The notes below the pieces were generated by a model. That model saw only the letters and a list, made by a program, of their open reading frames with translations, was not told where the DNA came from and ran no database searches. A DNA stretch of 62,784 nt, filler included, from Rhabdomonas costata (Eukaryota): assembly GCA_019059605.1 (NCBI GenBank). It is 45 parts of 45 records of this genome, joined end to end, with 100 filler letters (N's around TTAATTAATTAA, not from the genome) between each part and the next. Parts side by side here need not be neighbours in the genome. Positions count along the whole stretch, not along the records: positions 47,515 to 48,812 come from JAHMHO010020217.1; positions 48,913 to 50,209 come from JAHMHO010020218.1; positions 50,310 to 51,606 come from JAHMHO010020219.1; positions 51,707 to 53,004 come from JAHMHO010020220.1; positions 53,105 to 54,402 come from JAHMHO010020221.1; positions 54,503 to 55,799 come from JAHMHO010020222.1; positions 55,900 to 57,196 come from JAHMHO010020223.1; positions 57,297 to 58,593 come from JAHMHO010020224.1; 37 more parts are not named here. One strand, 5' to 3'. Both the position numbers and the translations under genes were made by a program. How positions within the stretch are numbered: position 1 is the stretch's first letter; each line of letters starts with the position of its first letter. Positions 48,193-61,062 of the stretch are shown piece after piece.

Positions 48193-49214
48193 GTACGTGA
48201 ATTTTTGATGAAATTGCTGAACTGGGTTGACCTCCCGTTTCCTTCCGCCGAAGCAGTGGCAGCCAGCACCGTACATAATGGCGCATTAAACGCTGCTCGG
48301 TATTTCACTGACCGAGTTTGGGCGACTCAGAGTGGCATGCATTTTCCCTCTGCTCGCACGCACACACAAACACACACGACACCAAGATGTGGGACGACGA
48401 GCCATATGCGCGGAAGATGTACACACACACGCATGAAACTACTGAAACCCCAAAAGTGAATAGCGTGCATTGAATCAGATTTGAAAGATTAATTCAATGT
48501 GTCATTCGATAACAAGGTGTGATGAAGCTTGTCGTCGGCTTTGGAAGAAAACGGCGAATACCGCCTCAAAAAGGGCATGGCCCTGGCTCCTTAACCAGAG
48601 GCTGCCGCTCTTCCACTGTGCGCAGAGGGACACTGACGCCGCTGGGAGCTAGTGGGACACTGATGTTAAGGCCAGAGATTACCCACACTTATTTGGGTAC
48701 TGGGGTGCAGCTGGTCGCTTCTCGGCCGTTGGTGACCCTTCGGCGTGGCGTCTCCCATCTTGCGATGGTGGGGACCTCCCTGCGGCCCCACTGTGGCTAC
48801 ACCCCACCCACANNNNNNNNNNNNNNNNNNNNNNNNNNNNNNNNNNNNNNNNNNNNTTAATTAATTAANNNNNNNNNNNNNNNNNNNNNNNNNNNNNNNN
48901 NNNNNNNNNNNNGGGTGGGGTGGGCAACAGGGAGCAAAAAAAAGGCAGGCTAATGGCAGCCTACCACGGAAAAGTCCGAGAAAGTATGGGCAGCGTTGAA
49001 GACACCGAACAGGAAGTAGTTAGAAATCTACCGTGGGACACAGCGTGTGGGGCGAGGGTGCGACATTTCTTTCTCCGATATCTCCTTCAATGCTCGTATA
49101 CTCGTGTGCAGGAGAAGTGACATGATTCGGTTTTGTGGCAGCCTTGAAGGTGGCGTGCTGGTACGGTTTCGGATGGTTGCTCTGGGTATTATGACTGAAG
49201 GGGGTGAAGTGGAC

Positions 49215-49938
49215 CTTGGGGTCCGCCAGGCAGACCGAAATCACATCGCCTTCTCTCAGCTCGGCCTGGCCCTGGCGAGGCACAGCCACCCCGTTGACGA
49301 AGGTGCCATTGGTGCTGCGGTCGTGCACCGCGAGGGCCCCAGAGGGGCCGCGGAGCACGCTGAGGTGGTGGTGGCTGACTCGCCCATCGGAAGGAAGCTG
49401 GCACCCCGCGGGGAGGGTCTTGCTCCTGCCCAGCCTAAAACCGCCGCACACTCCATCCCCCGCCGAGCCGAAATCGAACCGCAAGATGCTCCAAGCCACA
49501 ACCGTTCACCTCCTCCATTACGCCAACGATTCAGTCCCCCTTTCTACTCATTCAGATAACAAGCGTGGCGCGAGTTGCAGGCACGTCAGAAAAAAGGGCA
49601 TTTCCGTTTTTACCGATGCCCGTTAACCAACATCAATCAAGGGTTAGGGGGTGGGGGAAGAGAGAGAGGAGGAAGGGGAGGGATTGATCGTATGTAGGAT
49701 GCAATAAACGAAAGGGAATTAATTAATAGCAACATCTCAAGCTCGATTTGGTGATAGCAATTCTCACCAACTTCCACAGCCGACAAGAGGGAAGGACTCG
49801 GAGTACATTTCCCCTCACACCTAAGCTCAGTCTCGCCTACCGGAAGGCCAGGATCGCCCGCAACCACGGAGCAAGTCAACGGTGAATATCGATACAAGCG
49901 CATCATTCGCCGTCGCACGGGACAAATTCGTAGTGTCC
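49215..49938 (-). CDS. FHA-domain protein (exons ~49938-49821, 49434-49215)
   Basis: GETELR|LGRS...RVSHHHL...VHDRSTNGTFVNG...ELREGDVI contains the FHA motifs GR, SxxH and STNGT; phase-2 intron. Confidence 0.85.
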
Positions 49939-50506
49939 CTGATATCCGACCAGGGGGAAGAGAGCAAAAACGAAAGAGACAGTAGAAAAACAAAAACAAA
50001 TATGGGTTGTCCTTCAAACCAAAGAACTGAAGAAGACTGAAGCGCCATTCACGGTGGGTCGCCATTAGACTCGAAACTGCTTTGGCAGGGACTGAGCACA
50101 CGGTTCCTCGCCGAGTGAATGCCAAGCCAAAGCTTCCGATCACAGCGCGCAGAGTGAAAACAGCACTCAAAAATCAATGAGCTACACCACCCCCCAAACA
50201 CCCCAACACNNNNNNNNNNNNNNNNNNNNNNNNNNNNNNNNNNNNNNNNNNNNTTAATTAATTAANNNNNNNNNNNNNNNNNNNNNNNNNNNNNNNNNNN
50301 NNNNNNNNNTGTGTTGGGAGAGTTTGGGTTTTTGGTGCAGCTCGGGTCGTTCCCACCGCAAAGCTCCTGAGGGTCACTGTGCAGGGAAGGGGAGAGAGTC
50401 GGGTTTGGACAGAAAAAAGAAAACCCATCGCGAAGGAATCGCAGCTATCCACCAGGCCATGTATTAAATGTAGTAAAGCAGATAAGATTTTTTCCCCCGA
50501 ACACAC

Positions 50507-51379
50507 CAGTCGCCCAGGGAGGTATGGCACACTGTGCCCGCGGGAAGGAAGAGGTCCGTGGGGCAGGCAGCAGAGAACCCATCGCACAGCTCCGGGAGAT
50601 CACTGAACGGAAAAAGGAGAAAGGGAAGTGGTGACAGGCAGGGGATCCTTCCGAAGCCAACAACCATCCACTAAATCTGCATCCGCAGCCCCTTTGGGGA
50701 TGCGATCAGAGCGATATCACAGATTCTGTCCAGGTCCAAAGACTGGAGGCCTTTCGCAAAAACAAAAACAACCAGATAAGGGCATATCGCACATCTCCAT
50801 CCAGGGTGTCCCATCGAATTACCGACAGAGCACATCTAAAACCAAAGTTAGCCCATATGCGCATGCCGCTCTCCTCTCCCACAAACTCAAAAACAGCCGC
50901 ACACCACAGCCCCTTCGCGGGGCGGCAGACACTCTTGTTCTGCGCGACGAACTGCTGCGCAGGGCACACAGGGCTGGTCCCGCTGCAATTTTGCGGGATG
51001 TCGCACACCCCCATGGCGGGGCGGCAGGTGAAGCCCAGTGGGTGCAGGTGGTCCACGGGGCACGCCACGGAGCGCCCAGTGCAGAACTCCGTGATGTCAC
51101 ACCCTCCAGCAGACTCGCGGCAGATCTGCTCCGAGCCTCGAACAGAGTCCGGGGGGCAGTCAGTGGAGGACCCGTCGCACGTCTCCGCGAGGTCACAGTC
51201 CCCGGCGGAAGGTCGGCACACAGTCGTGGAGTCCCGGGCGGAGTCCGAGGGGCAGGATGCGGACGTTCCGCTGCAAAGCTCGGGGGCGTCGCACACCCCC
51301 GTGGAGTTGCGGCAGGTGTAGCCAGAGGGGTACAGATCGTCGACGGGGCAGTAGTCCGAGCTTCCGTCGCAGTACTCAG
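50507..51379 (-). CDS. Tandem disintegrin-like Cys repeats, secreted/surface protein (exons 51379-50905, 50602-50507)
   Basis: About 6 repeats of roughly 32 aa, CRxxxGxCDxxExCxGxSxxCPxD; phase-2 intron joins TG|T (Cys). Confidence 0.9.
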
Positions 51380-53568
51380 CTGGGCAGGAAAAGAAGAGAA
51401 GTTAGTCGACTGACGGCACTGGACGGGGAAGAACATTCGTGTCTTGGTCATCATCAGGGCTCAACAATTGCTGTCATTCCACCCCAGTTTCTTTTTCCGG
51501 GTTCTTTTGTTCGTATGTGTTGCATGCCCGCCCTAGCCAACAGCTCAATGACGACCCAGAACGGTTCTTTGCCTCCCCTTCTTACTCCGCACCCCCCCCC
51601 CCCCCCNNNNNNNNNNNNNNNNNNNNNNNNNNNNNNNNNNNNNNNNNNNNTTAATTAATTAANNNNNNNNNNNNNNNNNNNNNNNNNNNNNNNNNNNNNN
51701 NNNNNNGGTTTGTGGGTAGAAATTCGCAAGGTACACAGAAAAAGGTACACAGAAGTGTCCTCTATTGTCACGAGTAATGGACAGCACCTCAGAACGTCAA
51801 TGAGAGGAAGTAAATGTCACACCGTCCACAAGTTTGTGAAGCACCACCACCACCATAGGTGGTGCCTTTGCAGAGGTTCCCCTGATAAAAAGGAAGGACA
51901 GGGATGTGAGTTTGTGTGTGTGATAATGCGCGCAGAACGGCAATTAGAAGGGCCTAACTTTATTATCCCTCACAGGATCAGAATCAAACGTGTTCATCCA
52001 GACTGTCCAATCTGCATATTTTAGCTTAGCTGGCTTATCTATCAACCCTTACTCTCAAAAAAGCAATCCGAGGTGCTCAAATGGCCAAAAGGGAGAAAAA
52101 AGATATGAGGATCAACCTGCCAAAACAATATCGTTCAGCACACCCTCCATATCAACGTTGGGATGCAAAGCGTTTACGACACACACAAAATCAAGCACAT
52201 GAGCGGAGGAGGGTATTTCTACCCCTCCGTTGTCAAGGAGTCGCCTTCGGCTTCCGGGAAGGGCAGCTGAAGCTCCTCACACTGCACCTCGGGGTGGGCC
52301 TCCCTCAGAAAGCTGGCAAAGCTGGCGATGAACTTCGCCTGCTTCTTGAGAGAGACGCACCACCGAACGCACATTACTGGGGAGCCGCTGTGCGGCATTC
52401 CGGTAGCTTCCGCTTCTGCAAAAGCAAGACGAAAGCAGGGGCACCTGCAGGAAGGTGCATTATAAACAGGTGGGAGTGAATGCCCAGTGCAGAGAAATAG
52501 ACACAATTTCTGGTGGTTACCGCCAGGCTTTATGAAACTCATCAATCCTTTACAACCCCACAGTTCCAAAACGGTGCCAGCAGCACACCCTCCAACTATT
52601 TTCTGAACTTCATCGTAAGGCTGCGCACCAACTACTCCGCAAGTAATCTTCACCTCTTTCCTCTTCACCTCTTTTTCCGCATCCGTTCGCCACCAATTTG
52701 TTGAGTCTTTCCCTGTCCCTAATGCTCTGAAGTGAGGTGTATCATGGTCTATGGATGTGGTGACATAACTGCAGAGATTCGCGAGCTGACACAAATATGC
52801 ACGATTGTAGAGTAACGTCCCATCGGATGGAACTCAATTACATAACCTTAGCAAAACATTCGCGAAAGGTCCATTTCGATTCGGCGGCTGGTTCCTCTCG
52901 GCATCATGATCATGAGACGAGCGCCGAGTAAAAAAAGGAGTCACTACAATGGGTTACACAGAAAACTGTTCACAGCTTCAAAAGGAGGAGTGTATATACC
53001 ACACNNNNNNNNNNNNNNNNNNNNNNNNNNNNNNNNNNNNNNNNNNNNTTAATTAATTAANNNNNNNNNNNNNNNNNNNNNNNNNNNNNNNNNNNNNNNN
53101 NNNNGTGTTGGGTGTGGTTGGTGGGGTTGGGCGAGGAAACCTCCTCACGAAAAAGAAAGGGGTGAAAAACGAACAGAAAGAAAAAGCTCACTCCGCCCTT
53201 TTTATACGTATTTGATTTTTTTTCATTTTCTAAATCTTTTTCTTATGTCATCGCGCCGAACACAGCAACAGAAAAACATAGGCACAGAGATGCACCCTCT
53301 CCGCAAAGTCAAAGCCTCCAAAAAATTACCCCCAAAAGGAATGGAAGACCAGGTGTGCAGTGAGGGAGCGAGGAAAAAACGCGCACACAGACAAGGTGCA
53401 GGGCACGTGCAAGGGAATGAGCTGCCGCAGGCTGCCTTGATGTCACATGTGCAAGCCCACCCCCACCCCGAATCCATGACAAAGGCTCCAGGGCCGTTCA
53501 CACCTGAAAGGACACAACTACTGGCCCACAGAGGTGAATCAGGGATAGTCGAGGGGCGGCAGGGCTTC

Positions 53569-53709
53569 TCAGGCCTGGCCAAGGGTCTCCTTCACAAAGC
53601 GCTCCACCGCGCGGGCAGTGTCGGAGTCCAGCTTCTCAATGTCAAGCTCCACCTCGTCCGCCTTGGAGCCCAGGGCCAATGGGCACTGCTGGCTGATCAG
53701 GTCACACAC
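53569..53709 (-). CDS. Extraterminal (ET) domain, last exon of a BET/GTE-like chromatin protein
   Basis: VCDLISQQCPLALGSKADEVELDIEKLDSDTARAVERFVKETL* fits the V..II....P......DEIEID...L...TLR.LE.YV consensus. Confidence 0.8.
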   Translation of the reverse strand: MCDLISQQCPLALGSKADEVELDIEKLDSDTARAVERFVKETLGQA

Positions 53710-56484
53710 CTTTCGTGAGCGCGGCAAAAAACCGAATCGCAAGAATTCACTCAGTCCTTCCTTTCCTGCCTCCTGTCCCATCAAATGAAGCTCGGCTCAC
53801 GGTCGTCCGCTGTCCATTCTGGTACTTTTTCCCGGCCTGTAAGCATACAATGGATGGGGTTTGTGTTGATGTTTTTTTTTGGTGCTGAGACACTCAATGC
53901 AGCAGTGGAGCCCAACGAAATTGGCTTGAGCGACCCGAATAATATCATGGCATGTATATCTGATATCTGCCAGACCACGTGAGAATCGGCGCTAGTTTCA
54001 GCGTGTAGGATTTGCATTTTTGCGTTTGTCCCCTCCAAAAAATTGGCTTGAAGTGCACTTTCTTTTTGCATATCGCCATGGACATTTTAATTTCACTATG
54101 CATGGCATGGCAGTGTTAAAACGCAAACACTTTTCCACTTAATAGCGATTTTTCTGTAGTAATGCCATCCAGTGCGTAGTAGAATGCGGGCGGTGTTTCT
54201 GAACTTGTGCGGAATCGGTTGATTTTGGAAAAGTATCATGCTTAACGGCGCGGTATCTTCTCAGCAGTTCGCAGTTCTTTTTTTAACGTTTTCAACGATT
54301 TTGTATTGCCAGATCAACATTTGTGTTTGCCATTGTGCGTCTCACTAAAGTTTAATAGTTCATGAATGAAAATGATCATAACGATATTTTGCCACCCCTC
54401 ACNNNNNNNNNNNNNNNNNNNNNNNNNNNNNNNNNNNNNNNNNNNNTTAATTAATTAANNNNNNNNNNNNNNNNNNNNNNNNNNNNNNNNNNNNNNNNNN
54501 NNCGATCAGCCATAACCGATAGAAATAGAACGGAAAGTCGCTGAACTGTGGTGAGGAAGGGGGAAGGGGGGGGGCACACTGCCCAGCCCAAAACAAAGGG
54601 AAACTCAAAAGTCGCATTCTGACCCAAACTTTTTCCTTTTTCTAAAAAGTGCCTTGTTTTTTGTGCAAACCCCAAACGCTGGCAGCGGTGGTTGTGATGC
54701 TCAGTGCTCAGCCTTTGCACGGCTTGTTCGTGCCCGAAGCCCATCTGTATGTCAATACGACTGGTCTTGGGGGAATTACCACAAAAGCAAAGAGAACAAA
54801 CTTACGCTGTGAGTCGGCGCGATTCTCGCAGTTAATGACTAAACATAGTGCCACAGAGGGTGGCAGGTTAGTGCTCGCGCAGTGGACAGTAAAAAGTTGG
54901 TGTGGGACTTGCGCCTCATTTTCTCTGCGGATCAAAGGAAGAGCCACCCGCAGTCGAAGCAAGCACCCCGAAAAAATGCAGAAAAGCACAAGAGCCGCAG
55001 CTTCGCAGCCAATGTCAAACACAAGAGTGAACGTTGGAGACTTCGATCTCACTGCTCACCGAAGCGCACGAGGGCAATGGAGAGGTGCTTTGGGGAAATT
55101 CTCGTGTCCGCGAGGTTCAGGTGTCAGGTGAGATGTCCACGAGATGAGTGGGAGGGAAGGTATTGATGATCATTGCGATTCAGAAAGGACGGCAGCCTTG
55201 GACAATGCCAGCACAGTGGCTGCTTTGGTGAGCGCTGGGGACGACCAGTACGGAAAGGGGGCGCCGCTGTTGTACCCGGAGAATTCCTGGGTTGGCACCA
55301 CAGCAGAGCTTTAACAGACGAACAATGGAGATTTCCGGCTAATGCTTGAAGATAATAAACGCAACCACCTCAACAAATCGCCAGAAACAGCCACAAAATT
55401 CTTCGCCGAAGCACACAAGAAAAAGGCTCGTTGAAGGCAAGAGTATGATGTGGCCCGCGTCACCTCAAAAGTTAGAAGTTAGAGGTGACAACAGAAGGTC
55501 AAAAAACAAGCACAACCGATATGCAGTCGATATGCAGTGGATCCCAGTCTTTTCACCACCCGTTTTAGCTTCACAAAGTCCGAAAACGTCTGATTGTGCA
55601 CACTTTTGCAAGTACGTGACTTTTGAAAGTGACGCAGAAAATTTTCCCTTTCTGGTGTACAAACAGGAACACACAGAGGTGATGGCGGGGGGATGGGAAT
55701 TGGGGCGTTTACCGCCACTTAAACACCTGACGAACCCCCCTCCCCCAACTGTGCATGCATGTATCAACCCAAACGCATAAAGACATACGACACACAAAAN
55801 NNNNNNNNNNNNNNNNNNNNNNNNNNNNNNNNNNNNNNNNNNNTTAATTAATTAANNNNNNNNNNNNNNNNNNNNNNNNNNNNNNNNNNNNNNNNNNNNC
55901 TCTCCAGTGCAGTGGCTCAGGTCCGGTCGCTGCTGCGCGGTATTGGGACGGGTCCTGGGCAGTCCGCTCCGGGTTCCGTGCCATCGGAACGCTGAACACT
56001 ACCAGCAGCCAGAAGCCCGTACGTGGATAGGTTCGTTGAGCTTCCCCTCCTGGTTGCTGTTCAGTCTGCCGCCTCGCGACAGCCCACTGCCCGTTGTTTT
56101 TTTTTCCATCTGTACACTCTGCGCCGGAGGGCTTCGAGTCCCCCAGCGCCAAGTATCATTTCACCCAAAATGTCAAGCCAAATGTTTTCAAAACTCCTAA
56201 ATCCTCCATTTTCACCGTGACACAGTTCAAAGCTCAAAGTTCAAAGCACCTTTGAGCAAACAGCCAAAGGTCGTGACAACCATTTCACAACGCATGTTCT
56301 GCACCTCGCTCGCTTTTTTTTTGCGGGGCCCATTGCAAAGTTAGGAACACCAGACTAGAAAAGCCACTAAAAAAATAAAAAAAATACCCACCAAAAACAG
56401 AAGAAAACGCGACTGGGTTGAATTATGGAATCAGGGTCATTAGGCTTCTGTACTCAACCACATGAATTTTTTCACTAAGAATAC

Positions 56485-57083
56485 CGCAATTCGCTTGGCG
56501 ATCTCGCTCGCCAGCATGTTGTCCGCAAATTGTTTTGCACTGGCCAGCTGCAGGGTTAGAAGCTGAGCTTTGACGTAGATCCTTGCGAAGAGCACCATCA
56601 TCGCGAGTAAGACGGCAGACAAGCCCAAAACAACGGGGCTGGAGAAAGAATGCCACGAAGTTGACCATTTCTTTGTAACAACGGGTAAATAGCAGCAAAA
56701 CGGAGTCACAAACCCAACAATTTCATAGTGGTCGCGGTATCCCGTCAGCAGGGAAACAAGGCCCAGAACCATCACAGCCAACACGGACATTCCAAGCTCT
56801 GGAAACAAAAAGCAAAACATACGTGGCGCACGCGAAATCACACCGTTACAATTGCACCCAACATTTTTCGGCTGAAGCTGAGGTGCAGCCGAAAAACACT
56901 TATCTCTTGCTTATTTCTTTCAGTGAATTGCCAGCAAAAAAAAAGCGAGCGAAATAGAACAAGAAAGAAACAGAAAGAAAGACCAAGAGGAACGCCGATG
57001 GTCCTCGGTTTTTGGGGAATGACGTTCTCGATTGTGACAAGCTCCGAGTATTTGACATTATGGGCGATGCAAAAGCGGGTAAT
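56485..57083 (-). CDS. Multi-pass membrane protein, possibly receptor-cyclase type (3 exons)
   Basis: Two hydrophobic helices (SVLAVMVLGLVSLL; VVLGLSAVLLAMMVLF) followed by a helical segment; AG/GT boundaries present. Confidence 0.45.
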
Positions 57084-57310
57084 CTGGGCGTCACAGTGAA
57101 GGATGTGGTTCAAAATCCACTGTGGCAAAGAGAAAAAACTGAACAAAAAGAAAGTTCAAAAAACACACGAAACGTCACTTTGCAAGCCACCAAAACNNNN
57201 NNNNNNNNNNNNNNNNNNNNNNNNNNNNNNNNNNNNNNNNTTAATTAATTAANNNNNNNNNNNNNNNNNNNNNNNNNNNNNNNNNNNNNNNNNNNNAGGG
57301 GGGGGGATAC

Positions 57311-58496
57311 CAGGTTGGGTCATCCGGTCCTCAGGCACTCCACCAAAAATGTACAGGAAGCGCTCCCGTACCACAACCGAGCTGTGGCACAGGCGGGGAA
57401 TTCCCAAAGGGTCGGCCCGCAAGCCTGGCGAGCTTGGCCGTGGTGGAGGTACCTACCGAGTGCGGGTGAGCGCTGCGTTGCGCTGGAGGTAGGTGGTGGA
57501 TTCTTGATTAGAGTAGGATTGTCTCTAGCCTAGGCTCATCAAAACGGGTGCAGAGCCATGCGGACAATGCGGCTGAGATTCGCGAAAAAAACACAGCACC
57601 TCGATGTCGCAAAGTAACAACATCGCTCCTGTATGGAAATGGCCTTGGCAGGGATTCTAGGAGTGGTGAACAAATATCACTGTGGACACCGGGATTTCAC
57701 CTGCAGTTGGATGCATGGGTTTTGTGACAAACGCGAACACTTTTTAACTTTGACAGGTTTTTGGGGAAAAAAGTACTCCTTCCGGATGTAATCATGTGGA
57801 TGGTTACGCACACAAAGCGGGGTTCATAAGAAACTTCTGGAAACGCTTTGTCGACCCCAGGGGCAATTTGTGCAGACAGTATGAAAGCTCGAAAAAACCA
57901 GGAAAAGAAAAATAAAACATTTGAACTGGTTTTTATGTCTTGGAGTTCCTTCCCTGTGAAGCCTCGGCTGTTAGAAACCGAATGTTAGCAACTGGTGTTG
58001 CCCAGCGATGAGTATTGACCATTTCCTGGGTGGGGGAAATTCCGTTGTCCACAGCGATAGAACCAACCTCCATGGGACCGCTCATTCAGGAGAGAACCGG
58101 CACAGTGACCCAACAAATAGAAAAACAGAATTCACCAAAGCCTTTCTGATAACACTGCAAGGTGCAACAGACCACTCTGTTTTTGTGGAAATTTCGGAAT
58201 GAGAGGAAGGCGAGAGGCGAGCTAGGCGATCCTCCCTGATGGCCTTCAGTACAAGACGACAGGCCCTGAACCCTGGCGTCGCCCTCTCTCTAGATCGCAA
58301 AAAAATTATTACGATTCCGGCGTCGTTACGGGTTGGGGTGGGATGACGTGATAACGGGATGAAAGTGGGTGGAAAGCGCAACAATCACGTCGTACGGGGC
58401 GAGGAGGAAGCCACTGCAGGTTTCTCAAGGAGAGCACCCAAAGAGTGCCAAGCCCGTGGTCGCCATCAGAGCCTCCGAAGACCACCATATAGGGCC
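57311..58496 (-). CDS. Kelch-repeat protein (exons 58496-58396, 57452-57311)
   Basis: YMVVFGGSDG...LWVLSLRNLQW...|...PRLCHSSVVV...LYIFGG; phase-0 intron. Confidence 0.85.
57724..58039 (+). repeat. Dispersed intronic repeat, copy 2 (homologous to 34319-34632)
   Basis: Same shared blocks as copy 1; lies inside the kelch-gene intron. Confidence 0.9.
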
Positions 58497-59246
58497 CTGC
58501 ACAGTGGGTAATTATTACTGTCCCAAATAAGGCAACAAAAAACATACAAAAAGCATCCAGTACTGAAATCAAAACCCCAAACACACCCACCACNNNNNNN
58601 NNNNNNNNNNNNNNNNNNNNNNNNNNNNNNNNNNNNNTTAATTAATTAANNNNNNNNNNNNNNNNNNNNNNNNNNNNNNNNNNNNNNNNNNNNGGTGTTT
58701 TGTGTGTGTGTGTGTGTGTGCGTGAGTGAAACGAAAACACAGTCGTTCCGAAGTGTGCGTGTGTTGTGCATCTCTTCGTTGTGTCCGCGTATGTCTTCTC
58801 TTTCCTTTTTGTCCTGTCTTTTCCTTTTTGTGACTGCTGTGCTCGTTAGCTGAAGCCGTGAAAATCGTGCATTCCGGTTCCTGCGCAATCTGCTTTAGTT
58901 TTCCTTTCCAACTTGCGTGCTGAACTATGAACTAGGAACTATGTTCCTTGGGATCTCTCTGAACCCAAAAACCGGTCGTTGCCTGGTGGGTTCAGGAAAA
59001 GGGCCGGAACTCTCTAGCTTTCATCCTGTTCTGGAAGGTCGGACTGCGCTTTGACCCCCCCCCCCCCGGTATTGTGTGTGTGTGTTGGACGCAGACACTA
59101 ATCTCATGTGTGTGTTGGGCGCATATAGCGCTGGCTGTTGATTGAGTGGCGATCGCCTGGATAGCCGTTGATGAGTGCTGTAGACTGACAGACCTAAGCC
59201 GTTAGGCAGCACGGGGAGATGCGCTAACGAGGGAGGGCTGCACTAC

Positions 59247-59945
59247 CCCAAATCTGTGAAGAAGTAGTTAATGCTCGGGTTGGGCGGGAACACGGTGGAT
59301 AGGTGATGCTGGCGCTCCACTATGCAGGACTTCGTCACGTTCTCGCAGATGAACACGTCCAAGCCCTTCCGCCGCAGCGCGGTCGCGGCGCGGTCGTACA
59401 GGTAGTCGTCCAGCGCCACCACCCGCGAGGGGATCCGCAGCGCCGTGAGCTGAGCGAAAGGGGTGCCAACGACGTCCCGAATTCTCAATCGGTACTCGCC
59501 CCCCATGCACTCGCCCTTTCATTTCGGCACAAACAAAAGCCAAGCATTCCAACCCAAAAAGAGTCCATTCGGAGAATACTGGCTAAGCCATACGTGTCCT
59601 TTTGTTGATCGGAGGACTCCAAGTAAAGCCGCAAGGGCAGCTTTGGAATGAGAGGTGTAGGCCAACAATCAAGGGGCAACCTTCGATGCACAATATTCCC
59701 GAGTAACATCCAGCAACTCATTTTTGGACAAACCAGTATTGTGTGAGGCGAGAGAGACAGAGAAGGAAGAGAGGGAGGGAGTGGGGGCGCACCTTCGTAC
59801 TGATCTGCGGGCCGTCCGACCATAGCTCCCCTGTCTCAAAAGCAGGGCGGCGCAGCTGGGCCTCGAGGAGCCTCCCCAGGGAGGGGTTCTCCTTGTGCAG
59901 CTGCGGCAACACCCTCCGCACCTCCTCCCGCGAGAACACTCGCAC
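59247..59945 (-). CDS. Hypothetical protein (exons 59945-59793, 59515-59247)
   Basis: Two high-GC3 open exons joined in phase 0 by a GT-AG intron; no domain recognised. Confidence 0.6.
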
Positions 59946-60258
59946 CTGAGAAGTGGAAGGGAGTAAAGGGACCGCTCCCCCCCCACCACANNNNNNNNNN
60001 NNNNNNNNNNNNNNNNNNNNNNNNNNNNNNNNNNTTAATTAATTAANNNNNNNNNNNNNNNNNNNNNNNNNNNNNNNNNNNNNNNNNNNNTGTGTTGGTT
60101 GTTTGGTAAGTAAGGTAGAGTAGTTATGCAGTGGGCGAAAGCGTCGCGAAGCATCTCGCTTCTCTGCTGTTGAGATACCAATCGCAGGCAACAATGAATG
60201 ACTGCTACAGTTGAAGTTCTTTTCCTCCACTTCACACAACGACAGCACAGCTAATGAC

Positions 60259-61062
60259 CTGACTGTTCGTCTCATTCCCGAACTGGTCTCGCAGCCACAG
60301 CGTTACCAGCCCCGCCTGAGAGGTCAGGGCGGGCGCCAGCGGGGCCTCCAGGAAGCTCTTCTCCAGGTCAGGGGCCGCAGGCTCGATAACCTGAGAGGAC
60401 CGTGGAGCCCTATTGCCAGGCCACTGCATCTTACAGGCGAAAGATCCACTAAGTAAATCGTTGAGAGGTGGGGAGAGGTAAAGGTTCATCCGCCGACGCT
60501 CCTGATGGGGGAGAAGATCAAGGGGACGATGCTATGGGAGACGATCAAGCTGGTCGGTAAGGCACATGCACGTGGCAGGTAAGTGAGAGTGAAATGATGG
60601 CATTGTGGCCCATCAGCTGTAAAACCGTCTAATTCTGAGGGAAGATGCATCGTTCTTTCTAAACCACCGCGTGTCCCCCCCCCCTGGAAATCTTCCATTG
60701 GAACGTCCTCCTAGCTCCACACAGCGTCATGTCAACGCGTGCTGGCATCACTGCAGCTGCCCCCTTTGCATCCCCTTATCCAAAGGTACTGCGACGATTG
60801 GAGAAACGTTGCGCTTCTGTGCACATACCAGGGAGAAGGGCCCTCCGTGCAGCCTCTCTTCGCCGAGATGCAGCCACAGGATGTAGGTCCCGGCCTTCTC
60901 CGTGTAGTATGCGATGGAGTAAGCGGAGCCGTCCAAGGTCTCCGCGGGCTCCACGGTCAGCGCGGGGTTGTCACACTTGATCACAAAGGAGGAGGCCGCC
61001 GTGGAAGCCCCGGGGGTGTCCCGAGCCAGAATGGGGTTATTGAAGCGGTCCCTCTTGAAGAC
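60259..61062 (-). CDS. Filamin/ABP280-type Ig repeats (exons 61062-60829, 60390-60259)
   Basis: RDRFNNP...DGSAYSIAYYTEKAGTYILWLHLGEERLHGGPFSL|VI...LRDQFGN. Confidence 0.85.

Noticed and set aside
55059-55290. Possible euglenid-type non-conventional intron (CAG...CTG) between two exon-like segments on the minus strand
   Set aside because: Only 3 bp of pairing and no recognisable protein to anchor the junction; all well-supported introns here are GT-AG or GC-AG.
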